A stretch of 63,977 nucleotides of DNA, the filler included. It is 6 parts of 6 records of this genome, joined end to end, with 100 filler letters (N's around TTAATTAATTAA, not from the genome) between each part and the next. Parts side by side here need not be neighbours in the genome. Positions count along the whole stretch, not along the records: positions 12,649 to 35,034 come from DRR723986_8246; positions 35,135 to 42,134 come from DRR723986_8247; 4 more parts are not named here. One strand, written 5' to 3'. This document shows, piece after piece, positions 30,497 to 39,221 of this stretch. A program made the translations under genes and the position numbers. Numbering within the stretch: position 1 is the stretch's first letter; each line of letters starts with the position of its first letter. Below the pieces are notes generated by a model. That model did not search any database, had not been told where the DNA came from, and was given only the letters and a program-made list of their open reading frames with translations.

Positions 30497-31906
30497 ATGA
30501 ATGCTGTAAAGTCGGAATCCGTCCGCGAACCCCTGATTCTAGGGAACCCCTCTATGGGGGAGGTTACGGAAAAAATTGCAGGCATTATTGAAGCCCCGCC
30601 GACCAAAAAGTTTTGGGCGTTGCTGACCTTCGCTGCGCTGCTTGCGGCTCAGGGTTTTGCATCAATTGCCTACACTGTCTGGACTGGACCTGGTGTTTGG
30701 GGTGTCAATAATACGATCGGCTGGGGTTGGGCTATTACCAACTTTGTCTGGTGGGTTGGTATCGGTCACGCCGGTACTCTGATTTCCGCCATTCTTTTCC
30801 TCTTCCGGCAAAAATGGCGTACTGCCATTAACCGGACAGCGGAAGCCATGACGATCTTCGCCGTTATTTGTGCTGGTCTGTTTCCGCTCCTGCACACGGG
30901 TCGGCAATGGATTGCAGTCTACTGGCTTTTGCCATATCCGAACCAGATGCAGATGTGGACGAACTTCCGTTCACCGCTGGAATGGGACGTGTTTGCTGTT
31001 AGTACTTATCTGACCGTATCTCTGGTTTTCTGGTATACTGGTCTGGTACCGGACTTTGCAACAATGCGCAATCGCGTCACTGGTATTGGCAAAAAGCTCT
31101 TCTCCTTCTTTAGCCTGGGCTGGACTGGTTCCACACGCAACTGGCAGCACTATGAAATGGCCTACCTGATTTTGGCTGGTCTTTCCACACCGCTTGTACT
31201 TTCCGTGCACTCGATTGTGTCCTTTGACTTTGCTGTTTCAGTTATCCCTGGCTGGCACACGACAATCTTTCCACCATACTTTGTTGCTGGAGCTATCTTC
31301 TCCGGTTTCGCAATGGTGGTCACCTGTCTTGTAATTGCGCGCTCAGTCCTCAACCTGCAGGACTTCATTACGCTAAAACACCTGGACAATATGAATAAAG
31401 TCATCCTGGCTACCGGGATGATGGTTGGGTATGCTTATGCGATGGAATTTTTCGTCGCGCAGTACTCCGAGTACAGCTTTGAGCAATTCGTATTTGTCAA
31501 CCGTGCTACCGGTCCATACGCCTGGGCGTACTGGTCCATGGTTCTCTGCAATGTGCTTGCACCGCAGATATTCTGGTTCAAAAAGATGCGCCGCAATATC
31601 GCAGTCATGTTTGTAGTGTCAATCTTCGTGAATATTGGTATGTGGTTTGAGCGATTTGTAATTATCGCTACATCATTGCACCGTGACTTCCTTCCCGCTA
31701 GCTGGAGCTACTATACTCCAACTGCTGTTGAGGTCTCGATCTACCTTGGGACGATAGGTATCTTCCTGACGCTGTTCCTACTCTTTACGAAGTACCTACC
31801 AATGTTGGCCATTGCTGAAGTCAAGAGTGTGATGCCGGGCGCACAACCTAGTCATCATCATCATGACGATGGCCATACTGCACAAAACGGTGCGGCTAAG
31901 CACTGA
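30497..31906 (+). CDS. actC: Alternative complex III subunit C (NrfD family, quinol binding)
   Basis: [65 protein letters not shown]. Confidence 0.94.
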   Translation: MNAVKSESVREPLILGNPSMGEVTEKIAGIIEAPPTKKFWALLTFAALLAAQGFASIAYTVWTGPGVWGVNNTIGWGWAITNFVWWVGIGHAGTLISAILFLFRQKWRTAINRTAEAMTIFAVICAGLFPLLHTGRQWIAVYWLLPYPNQMQMWTNFRSPLEWDVFAVSTYLTVSLVFWYTGLVPDFATMRNRVTGIGKKLFSFFSLGWTGSTRNWQHYEMAYLILAGLSTPLVLSVHSIVSFDFAVSVIPGWHTTIFPPYFVAGAIFSGFAMVVTCLVIARSVLNLQDFITLKHLDNMNKVILATGMMVGYAYAMEFFVAQYSEYSFEQFVFVNRATGPYAWAYWSMVLCNVLAPQIFWFKKMRRNIAVMFVVSIFVNIGMWFERFVIIATSLHRDFLPASWSYYTPTAVEVSIYLGTIGIFLTLFLLFTKYLPMLAIAEVKSVMPGAQPSHHHHDDGHTAQNGAAKH

Positions 31907-32056
31907 TAGCGAATGCGGGCGGCGTAGTGTTGTAAAACATGAACGGACTCAATTCCGGCGCCGCCTTTCCGAATGAAAATTTTTTGAGTGTATCAGCAAC
32001 TTGTGCTTTTCACTCCCTAACTCTCTGGTATCAATGAACGCTGTTCAGATGACCAT

Positions 32057-32662
32057 ATGGAAGAGCAAACTCTAACGCAAGAATCCGGAACCCGCACAAT
32101 CGCAGCTGAAGATGCCGCCGGCATCGCCACTGAAGGAATTGTAGCCGTTCTGGGTGACTTTAAAGATCCGGACAAACTGACGCATGCTGCTCAGGAAGTT
32201 CATAAGGCTGGATACGTAGATTTTGATATCTATACGCCTTATCCGGTTCACGGCCTCGACAAAGCAATGGGTATTCCAAAAACCAAGCTGCCTTTCTTCT
32301 CTTTGGGCGGTGCGGCATTTGGATTAGGTAATGCCATTTTCCTGCAATGGTGGACGGCTACTATCCAATATCCACTCAATATTGGTGGTAAACCCTTCTT
32401 CTCTCCATGGTTCGGCATGCCGGTCATGTTTGAGTTGACCATTTTGCTCTGCGCCCTGACAACAGTAGTTGTGATGTTCGGCCTCCTCTGCGGTCTGCCA
32501 CAATGGTGGCACCCACTGCAGGACGATGCTGGATTTCAAAAAGCAGTTGATGACACGCACGTAGTATCTCTCGAAGCCAAAGACGACCGTTTTACGGTTG
32601 ACACGGCGACGGCGCTGCTTCAGCGGCTCGGTGCGGACAATGTCCGCGTGGTTACGGCCTGA
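32057..32662 (+). CDS. actD: Alternative complex III subunit D (DUF3341)
   Basis: YTPYPVHGLDKAMG, YPLNIGGKP, PVMFELTIL. Confidence 0.92.
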   Translation: MEEQTLTQESGTRTIAAEDAAGIATEGIVAVLGDFKDPDKLTHAAQEVHKAGYVDFDIYTPYPVHGLDKAMGIPKTKLPFFSLGGAAFGLGNAIFLQWWTATIQYPLNIGGKPFFSPWFGMPVMFELTILLCALTTVVVMFGLLCGLPQWWHPLQDDAGFQKAVDDTHVVSLEAKDDRFTVDTATALLQRLGADNVRVVTA

Positions 32663-32704
32663 GAATAGAAGATTTCGACATACTCTCATATTTGAACCGA
32701 CACA

Positions 32705-33403
32705 ATGGCAACAACCAGCAAACGTCGCCTGCCGATCCTTGCAGTGCTTATCGCAGGCGTCTTTCTCGTCTTCTGGGTAGGACTGCTCTCCGGTTCCATC
32801 TTATGGACCTCGGATCAGCCACCTTTGATGGTCATTCCAGACATGGATGATCAGTCAAAGGTCGCTCCACAGGAGCAGGTAAACTTCTTTGCGAATCGCA
32901 CCGCCGATCGTACCCCGCTCGAATATACCGTTCCACGGTATGGTGAGATTTACAGGCCGGCATCGGCGGAAGAAGCCGAAGAGGAATACAGCAACACGCT
33001 GCCATCTTCGGATTGGGTATTGGCGCGAGGTAAAAATCGCTATGACACATTTTGTGCTGCTTGCCATGGTGCCGAAGGCGCCGGCGACGGTACAATCGGT
33101 GCTAAAGCAGCAACCCTCAAGCCGCCTACTCTGATTGCCCCCGAAGCACTCTCGCTCGGCTACTCCGATGCAAAGCTCTTCCACATCATTAGTGCAGGGC
33201 AGAACATCATGCCCGGCTACCGCGATAAACTCAAAGAAGTTGATCGCTGGGCAGTTGTCAACTATGTTCGTGAACTGCAACGCAAACACGTTGGTGCAGA
33301 CGCGATTACCGCCGGTGCAAGCCAGGAAGAACCAGCAGCCGATGAAATGGCTGATGGATCCGACGAAGCTGAAACCAGTGATGAAGCGGGAGACCAACAA
33401 TGA
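32705..33403 (+). CDS. actE: Alternative complex III monoheme cytochrome c subunit E
   Basis: PDMDDQ, TVPR, RGKNRYDTFCAACHG, GQNIMPGY, DRWAVVNYVRELQ. Confidence 0.9.
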   Translation: MATTSKRRLPILAVLIAGVFLVFWVGLLSGSILWTSDQPPLMVIPDMDDQSKVAPQEQVNFFANRTADRTPLEYTVPRYGEIYRPASAEEAEEEYSNTLPSSDWVLARGKNRYDTFCAACHGAEGAGDGTIGAKAATLKPPTLIAPEALSLGYSDAKLFHIISAGQNIMPGYRDKLKEVDRWAVVNYVRELQRKHVGADAITAGASQEEPAADEMADGSDEAETSDEAGDQQ

Positions 33404-34632
33404 GTACAATGACAGAACGCAACTTTCTTCTTCGCGATACCAAATTCGTTAAATCACTCGAGTCTCTGGGTTTTGCCCTCTTGATTCTCGGTGTGATTGC
33501 CGGCCTCGTTTCCTTCCTCTTTATGGAAGGTGACAGCCTGAAGCGATTCTTCTCCAGCTACCTGCTCGCATATACCTACTTTCTGGGTATTAGCGTGACC
33601 GCGATGTTCTTTTCCGCACTGCAATACCTTGTGAATGCAGGGTGGAGTGCGCTGGTGCGTCGCATTGCCGAAATGTTCACACCTTTCATATTTGTGATCA
33701 TGCTCGGTTTCATTCCGGTCATCATTGATGTGCTGTATACACACCAGCTGTTCGAATGGACACATGCTGGAATCATGGACCCTGCCGCTGCTAACTTTGA
33801 CCCGATCCTTAAAGGCAAAGATTGGTTCCTCAATCCAAGCTTTTTCATCGGTCGTATCGTATTCTACTGCATCGCATGGTTCCTGATGTATCAGACGATT
33901 ATCAAGAACTCACTCCGCCAGGATGAAGACCAAAACGACCATGGCCCTACGCGTCGCAACAAAGCACTCGCCGCTCCCATGGTGATCCTGTACGCTCTGA
34001 CGATCTCCTTCGCTGGTATCGATCTGGTGATGTCGCTCTACCCACACTGGTACAGCACAATGTTCGGCGTTCAGTTTTTCGCCGGCTCATTCGTTACCTT
34101 GCTCGCAATTGTTTCTCTCTTTACTGTTTTCCTTAAAGAGGGTGGCTACTTGCCGCAGGTCACGACTGAACACTACCACGATCTGGGGAAAATGGTTTTT
34201 GCCTTTAACGTGTTCTGGGCATATACATCATTTTCACAGTTCATGTTGATCTGGTACGGAAACATTCCAGAAGAAACTATCTACTTCATGGACTACCGCC
34301 TCGTCGGTGGTTTTGAGTACTTCTTCTACGCAATCATTGTTCTACACTTTGCTGTGCCGTTCATGTTGTTGTTACCACAGGCCAATAAGCGCAATCCAAA
34401 AATTCTGGGTGGGGTTTCTCTCCTGATTATTGTGATGCACTTAATCGACCTTGGGTGGTACATCAATCCAAGTCTTTACCATGGCCACTTCACATTTGGT
34501 TTCCAGGAGATTTCACTCTTCCTGTTCTTTGCCGGAATGTTTGTGTGGATGGCGGCTTCACAGTTTAAGTCCAAAAAAGCCGTAGCTGTTAACGATCCAT
34601 TCATGGATGAATCTGTTAATCTGATTAGCTAA
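33400..34632 (+). CDS. actF: Alternative complex III subunit F
   Basis: AGWSALVRRIAE, LNPSFF, DLVMSLYPHWYSTMFG, HYHDLGK, SQFMLIWYGNIPEE. Confidence 0.92.
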   Translation: MSTMTERNFLLRDTKFVKSLESLGFALLILGVIAGLVSFLFMEGDSLKRFFSSYLLAYTYFLGISVTAMFFSALQYLVNAGWSALVRRIAEMFTPFIFVIMLGFIPVIIDVLYTHQLFEWTHAGIMDPAAANFDPILKGKDWFLNPSFFIGRIVFYCIAWFLMYQTIIKNSLRQDEDQNDHGPTRRNKALAAPMVILYALTISFAGIDLVMSLYPHWYSTMFGVQFFAGSFVTLLAIVSLFTVFLKEGGYLPQVTTEHYHDLGKMVFAFNVFWAYTSFSQFMLIWYGNIPEETIYFMDYRLVGGFEYFFYAIIVLHFAVPFMLLLPQANKRNPKILGGVSLLIIVMHLIDLGWYINPSLYHGHFTFGFQEISLFLFFAGMFVWMAASQFKSKKAVAVNDPFMDESVNLIS

Positions 34633-34692
34633 GACTTTTTGCGCTTCCGTATCCCAATACGGGTTCGATAGCATAAAATTCGAGGATCAAAT

Positions 34693-34734
34693 GACGGCAA
34701 AGCCGGCGTACACACGTCGGCTTTGTTGTTTTAA
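34693..34734 (+). terminator. Intrinsic terminator after actF
   Basis: GACGGCAAAGCCGGCGT-ACAC-ACGTCGGCTTTGTTGTT(TT): long stem with G-U pairs and a U-rich tail. Confidence 0.7.
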
Positions 34735-35034
34735 ATAAATCCACCACGGGTTTTATATATCTACTTTTTTGAGGGCATTCTTTATCGCACTCTTGATCGC
34801 ACTCCTGATCGCTTTGAACCGCTTGTTCTGCTTCGCTCCACGCACGGCTCAGGCTTTATGATGTTCTTGTTAGTAATCAAATGTCCAGCCGCAATCCCAA
34901 GAGACATTAAGCTTTTACTGAAAGTCCACGAGAGCGTAGCGTCCCCTGGGCCGCAACTTACAGCCCGCGAGTGTGCTAGTCAGTGCCAAAACGTTAAACG
35001 GCCTAGAATTCGAGCTAGTCAGCAAATCCATACG

Positions 35035-35134
35035 NNNNNNNNNNNNNNNNNNNNNNNNNNNNNNNNNNNNNNNNNNNNTTAATTAATTAANNNNNNNNNN
35101 NNNNNNNNNNNNNNNNNNNNNNNNNNNNNNNNNN
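35035..35134. other. Artificial contig linker
   Basis: N44-TTAATTAATTAA-N44. Confidence 0.99.
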
Positions 35135-35135
35135 G

Positions 35136-38100
35136 GTGGGGCCAAACGGCTGTGGCAAATCCAATCTGCTTGAGGCGTTGCGCTGGGTGATGGGGGAAAA
35201 CCGTCCCACCGCGATGCGCGGCGGCGGCATGGAAGATGTGATCTTTGCCGGTGCGGCCACACGGCCCGCCCGCAACTTTGCCGAAGTGGCCTTGCATATC
35301 GACAATACCGAACGGCTGGCACCTGCCGGTTTCAACGACAATGACCAGCTTGAAATCGTGCGCCGGATCACCCGTGATGTGGGCAGTGCCTATAAGGCGG
35401 CGGGCAAAGATGTGCGGGCGCGGGATGTGCAGATGCTGTTTGCCGATGCTTCAACGGGTGCGCATAGCCCGGCGTTGGTGCGGCAGGGGCAAATTGCCGA
35501 GCTGATCAATGCCAAGCCAAAGAACCGGCGGCGCATTCTGGAAGAGGCCGCCGGGATTTCGGGCCTTTACCAACGTCGCCACGAGGCGGAGCTGAAGCTG
35601 AACGCGGCAGAGACCAATCTGGCCCGTGTGGATGACGTGATTGAGCAACTGGCCGCGCAATTGTCTCAATTGGCGCGGCAGGCCCGGCAGGCGGCCCGCT
35701 ACCGCGAGATCGGCGATCACCTGCGCCGGACCGAGGGTATGTTGCTGTACCGGAGGTGGCGCGAGGCGGATGATGCCCGCGCCGCGGCGGATGAGGAATT
35801 GCGCAACCGTGTGACTGCCGCCAGTCAGGGGCAGGCCATCGTACAGCAGGCCGCCAAAGCGAGGCAGTTGGCCGAGGATGCCTTGCCGCCCCTGCGCGAG
35901 GAAGAGGCGATTGCGGTGGCTGTCTTGCAGCGCCTGACAGTGCAACGCGACACGCTGGACGATCAGGAAACCCGCGCCAAGGCGACGATTGATACGCTGA
36001 CGGGCCGCATTGCCCAACTGGCGCGAGACATTGAGCGCGAGGGTGGTTTGAACCGCGATGCGGGTGAAACCATTGAGCGGTTGGAATGGGAAGCCCGCGA
36101 ATTGGCCAAGGCCGGTGAAGGCCATGACACCGCGCTTGAGGCAGCATCCGAGGCGGCCCGCGAGGCGGCAGCGGTGTTGCAGGCCCGCGAGGGGGATCTG
36201 GCGCAACAGACCGAAGATGTCGCCCGCCTTGCGGCGCGGCACGGGTCGGCAGAGCGCCTGCTCGAAGACAGCCGCAAGACCCAGAACCGGTCGGAGGCCG
36301 AGGCGCAAAAAGCGCGAGACGCGGTGGCACAAAGCCAGGCGGCGCTGTCCAAGGCGGGCGATGATTTCGAAACGGCGCAACTGGCCGAGGCGGAGGCCGT
36401 TGCCGCGGCCAAAGCAGCGGACGAGGCGTTGATCCGCGCCGAGGAGACCCGGGCACAGACCCAAACCCGAGAGGCCGAAGCCCGCGCCGAACGGTCCGAG
36501 GCCGAAGGCGAGATGAACGCGCTGCGGGCCGAGACCACGGCACTGGCCAAGCTGGTAGAACGGGACACCGCCGAAGGGGGCCAGATCCTTGACCGCTTGC
36601 AGGTGGAACACGGGTTTGAAAAGGCATTGGGGGCGGCGCTGGCCGATGATCTGCGGGCGCCAGAGGTGGATGCGGACGGTCCGTCAGGCTGGGCGGTTTT
36701 GCCAAGCTATGACACCGCACAGCCGTTGCCGGCAGGCGTGACGCCTCTGACTCAACACGTATCGGTGCCGGATGTTCTGTCGCGGCGCATGGGGCAGATC
36801 GGCTTGGTCGATCCCGACGACGGCCCTGCCATGCAGGCCGCCCTGCTGCCCGGTCAGCGGCTGGTCTCGCCCGAGGGGGATCTGTGGCGCTGGGACGGGT
36901 TCCGCGCTTGGGCCGAAGATGCGCCTTCAGCGGCGGCGCTTCGGTTACAGCAGTTGAACCGGCTTGAGGTGCTCAAGCAATCGCTCGAACAAGCCAGCCA
37001 GCGGGCCGAAGGCGCGCGCGCGGCGCATGATCTTTTGACGCGGACATTGGCCGAGCAATCAGAGGCCGACAAACGCGCCCGCGAAGACCGGCGCACAGCA
37101 GACCGGATGGTGGCGGATGCGGGCCGCGCCCTGAGCCGTGCAGAGGCGGATCGCAATCTGGCACAGGGGCGTTTGGAAAGCCTTGGTCTGGCCGTTAAGC
37201 GGCACGAGGACGAGGCCCTGGCAGCGCGGGGCCGCGTGCTTGAGGCGGAACGCGCCCTGTCTGATCTGGGCGATTTGGGCGCGGCGCGGGCTGGCATCGA
37301 GGACATCCGCATGACGGTAGAGGCCGCGCGGATCACGATGATGTCGCGCCGGTCCGGCCATGATGAATTGCGCCGTGAAGGCGAGGCCCGCACCCGCCGT
37401 TCGCAAGAGGTGACCAAAGAGCTAAGCGGCTGGCGGCACCGTTTGGAGACGGCAGAGAAACGCAGTGCCGAGTTGATCGAGCGCAAGACCGCATCAGAGG
37501 CGGAATTAAAAGAGGCCAGCGCCGCCCCGGCAGAGATCGCCGCGAAACGTGATCAGTTGAGTTCAGAGATGACCGTGGCGGAGGCCCGCCGGACCGAGGC
37601 GGCGCAGGTTTTGGCAACCGGAGAGGCCACCCTGCGCGAGGCTACTGTTCAGGAGCGCGATGCAGAGCGGCTGGCGTCTGAGGCCCGTGAGGCACGGGCG
37701 CGGGCAGAGGCATTGGCAGAAGCGGCGCGGGAGACCGTTGGCGCTGCTGCCGAACGGATTGCCGAAGAAAGCCAGATGACACCCAACCAATTGCTGACTT
37801 CTTTGGATGTGAACCCGGATCAGATGCCGCCCTCTACCACGTTGGAGGCCGACGTGAGCCGCCTCAAGCGGCAACGGGATGCATTGGGCGCGGTCAACCT
37901 GCGCGCGGAAGAAGATGCCAAGGAAGTTCAGGAAGAGCATGACAACCTGACCGATGAAAAGGCCGATCTGGAAGAGGCAATCAAAACCCTGCGCAGTGGC
38001 ATTGCCAGCCTGAACCGTGAGGGGCGCGAGCGGCTTTTGACCGCCTTTGAGCAAGTGAATTCAAACTTCTCGATGTTGTTCACGCATCTGTTTGGCGGCG

Positions 38101-38504
38101 GTGAGGCCAATCTGGTGATGGTGGAATCCGATGACCCGCTTGAGGCCGGCCTTGAGATCATGTGCCAACCGCCGGGCAAAAAGCTCAGCACACTGAGCCT
38201 GCTGTCGGGCGGCGAACAGACGTTGACGGCCATGGCGCTTATCTTTGCGGTGTTCCTGGCCAATCCCGCGCCGATCTGTGTTCTAGATGAGGTCGACGCG
38301 CCATTGGATGATGCCAATGTGACCCGCTTTTGTGATCTGTTGGACGAGATGTGCCGCCAGACCGATACGCGGTTCTTGATCATCACGCACCACGCGGTGA
38401 CCATGGCGCGGATGGACCGGTTGTTTGGTGTCACGATGGCCGAGCAGGGCGTCAGCCAGCTGGTGTCTGTGGATCTTAAGAAAGCGGAAACGCTGGTCGC
38501 GTAA
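35136..38504 (+). CDS. smc: Chromosome segregation protein SMC (5' truncated)
   Basis: Walker A GPNGCGKSN, Q-loop VRQGQI, long coiled coils, hinge, LSGGE signature, LDEVDAPLD. Confidence 0.96.
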   Translation: MGPNGCGKSNLLEALRWVMGENRPTAMRGGGMEDVIFAGAATRPARNFAEVALHIDNTERLAPAGFNDNDQLEIVRRITRDVGSAYKAAGKDVRARDVQMLFADASTGAHSPALVRQGQIAELINAKPKNRRRILEEAAGISGLYQRRHEAELKLNAAETNLARVDDVIEQLAAQLSQLARQARQAARYREIGDHLRRTEGMLLYRRWREADDARAAADEELRNRVTAASQGQAIVQQAAKARQLAEDALPPLREEEAIAVAVLQRLTVQRDTLDDQETRAKATIDTLTGRIAQLARDIEREGGLNRDAGETIERLEWEARELAKAGEGHDTALEAASEAAREAAAVLQAREGDLAQQTEDVARLAARHGSAERLLEDSRKTQNRSEAEAQKARDAVAQSQAALSKAGDDFETAQLAEAEAVAAAKAADEALIRAEETRAQTQTREAEARAERSEAEGEMNALRAETTALAKLVERDTAEGGQILDRLQVEHGFEKALGAALADDLRAPEVDADGPSGWAVLPSYDTAQPLPAGVTPLTQHVSVPDVLSRRMGQIGLVDPDDGPAMQAALLPGQRLVSPEGDLWRWDGFRAWAEDAPSAAALRLQQLNRLEVLKQSLEQASQRAEGARAAHDLLTRTLAEQSEADKRAREDRRTADRMVADAGRALSRAEADRNLAQGRLESLGLAVKRHEDEALAARGRVLEAERALSDLGDLGAARAGIEDIRMTVEAARITMMSRRSGHDELRREGEARTRRSQEVTKELSGWRHRLETAEKRSAELIERKTASEAELKEASAAPAEIAAKRDQLSSEMTVAEARRTEAAQVLATGEATLREATVQERDAERLASEAREARARAEALAEAARETVGAAAERIAEESQMTPNQLLTSLDVNPDQMPPSTTLEADVSRLKRQRDALGAVNLRAEEDAKEVQEEHDNLTDEKADLEEAIKTLRSGIASLNREGRERLLTAFEQVNSNFSMLFTHLFGGGEANLVMVESDDPLEAGLEIMCQPPGKKLSTLSLLSGGEQTLTAMALIFAVFLANPAPICVLDEVDAPLDDANVTRFCDLLDEMCRQTDTRFLIITHHAVTMARMDRLFGVTMAEQGVSQLVSVDLKKAETLVA

Positions 38505-38546
38505 ACGTTTGTGGTCTGGCCGGGTGTGATCGCATAGGTTTTCTGC

Positions 38547-38894
38547 ATGCGGTCCTTTTTGTTTATCTTGTGTTTCCCCGTTTGCGCCCTGGCGGACGGG
38601 TTTGCCCTGTTGGAGGGCGACCAGCCATTGCCGCGCACAGAGGTGATTGCACTGACCGCCAATCAATCTCTGACCTTCTTCGAAGGTGGTGTGTCGCAGT
38701 ATTCGGTAGGGGGTGCCTATAGCTATACCTACGCCGGCGGCGGCACGGCGTTTGGCCGGTTTCGGATTGGTACGGATGGTGTGATTTGTGTGGATTTCCG
38801 AAATGGCAGGCAGCGCTGTGACCAATTTGTGCGCAGCCATGGGCGGATTGTGATGGTTACCGAAGACGGCCAGAGATTCCCTGTCCGCCGCTGA
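38547..38894 (+). CDS. Small secreted hypothetical protein
   Basis: Signal peptide MRSFLFILCFPVCALA, beta-rich body, Cys pair (ICVDF...RCD). Confidence 0.65.
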   Translation: MRSFLFILCFPVCALADGFALLEGDQPLPRTEVIALTANQSLTFFEGGVSQYSVGGAYSYTYAGGGTAFGRFRIGTDGVICVDFRNGRQRCDQFVRSHGRIVMVTEDGQRFPVRR

Positions 38895-38978
38895 GAATTA
38901 GTGGTTAACGCCTCCTTGAGAAATCATTCCTAGGCTGCCCCTGCCGCAATCCGTTGCGGTGCAAGGAGGTGATATGGA

Positions 38979-39068
38979 TTGAATGAAAACACGTTCCGGA
39001 AGTGGATGGTCTTGATTGCGGCGGCAACGTTGCTGGTGACGATCATCCGGCTTTTGTTTGAGGGATAG
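38979..39068 (+). CDS. 29-aa hydrophobic peptide MNENTFRKWMVLIAAATLLVTIIRLLFEG; candidate type I toxin (not in the ORF track)
   Basis: SD AAGGAGGTGAT at 38963-38973, TTG start at 38979, single TM-length hydrophobic helix, TAG at 39066-39068, terminator downstream. Confidence 0.65.
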   Translation: MNENTFRKWMVLIAAATLLVTIIRLLFEG

Positions 39069-39082
39069 TTCGAACCCTTGAA

Positions 39083-39125
39083 CAAAAGTGACCCCGCAGA
39101 GTACCAGCTCTGCGGGGTCTTTTTG
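39083..39125. terminator. Bidirectional intrinsic terminator
   Basis: CAAAAGT-GACCCCGCAGAG-TACCAG-CTCTGCGGGGTC-TTTTTG: 12-bp perfect stem with an A-tract before and a T-tract after. Confidence 0.85.
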
Positions 39126-39157
39126 CAGTGATATGTTCGAATATGCACGTGCCGGAA
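39083..39157 (-). ncRNA. Predicted ~75-nt antisense (antitoxin-like) RNA
   Basis: Lies between a minus-strand sigma-70-like promoter and the bidirectional terminator; its 5' part is complementary to the peptide's start region through direct repeats. Confidence 0.5.
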
Positions 39158-39162
39158 ACTCA

Positions 39163-39191
39163 ACAGTAGTCAAATCCGCTCTGAGTTTCAA
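39163..39191 (-). promoter_or_regulatory. Sigma-70-like promoter on the minus strand
   Basis: TTGAAA (39191-39186) - 17 nt - TACTGT (39168-39163). Confidence 0.55.
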
Positions 39192-39221
39192 TCTACCTGC
39201 CACAGCATGGTTAACAGGGCC

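Noticed and set aside
34784-34816. ATCGCACTC(T/C)TG 12-bp tandem repeat and ORF 34858-35082
   Set aside because: Only about 2.5 copies near a contig end; the ORF has no motif and runs into the linker.
38974-39015. ATG-started alternatives behind the strong SD (MD* at 38974; MKTRSGSGWS* at 38983)
   Set aside because: SD spacing is too short or too long and the products are trivial; the TTG frame has suitable spacing and a coherent TM peptide.
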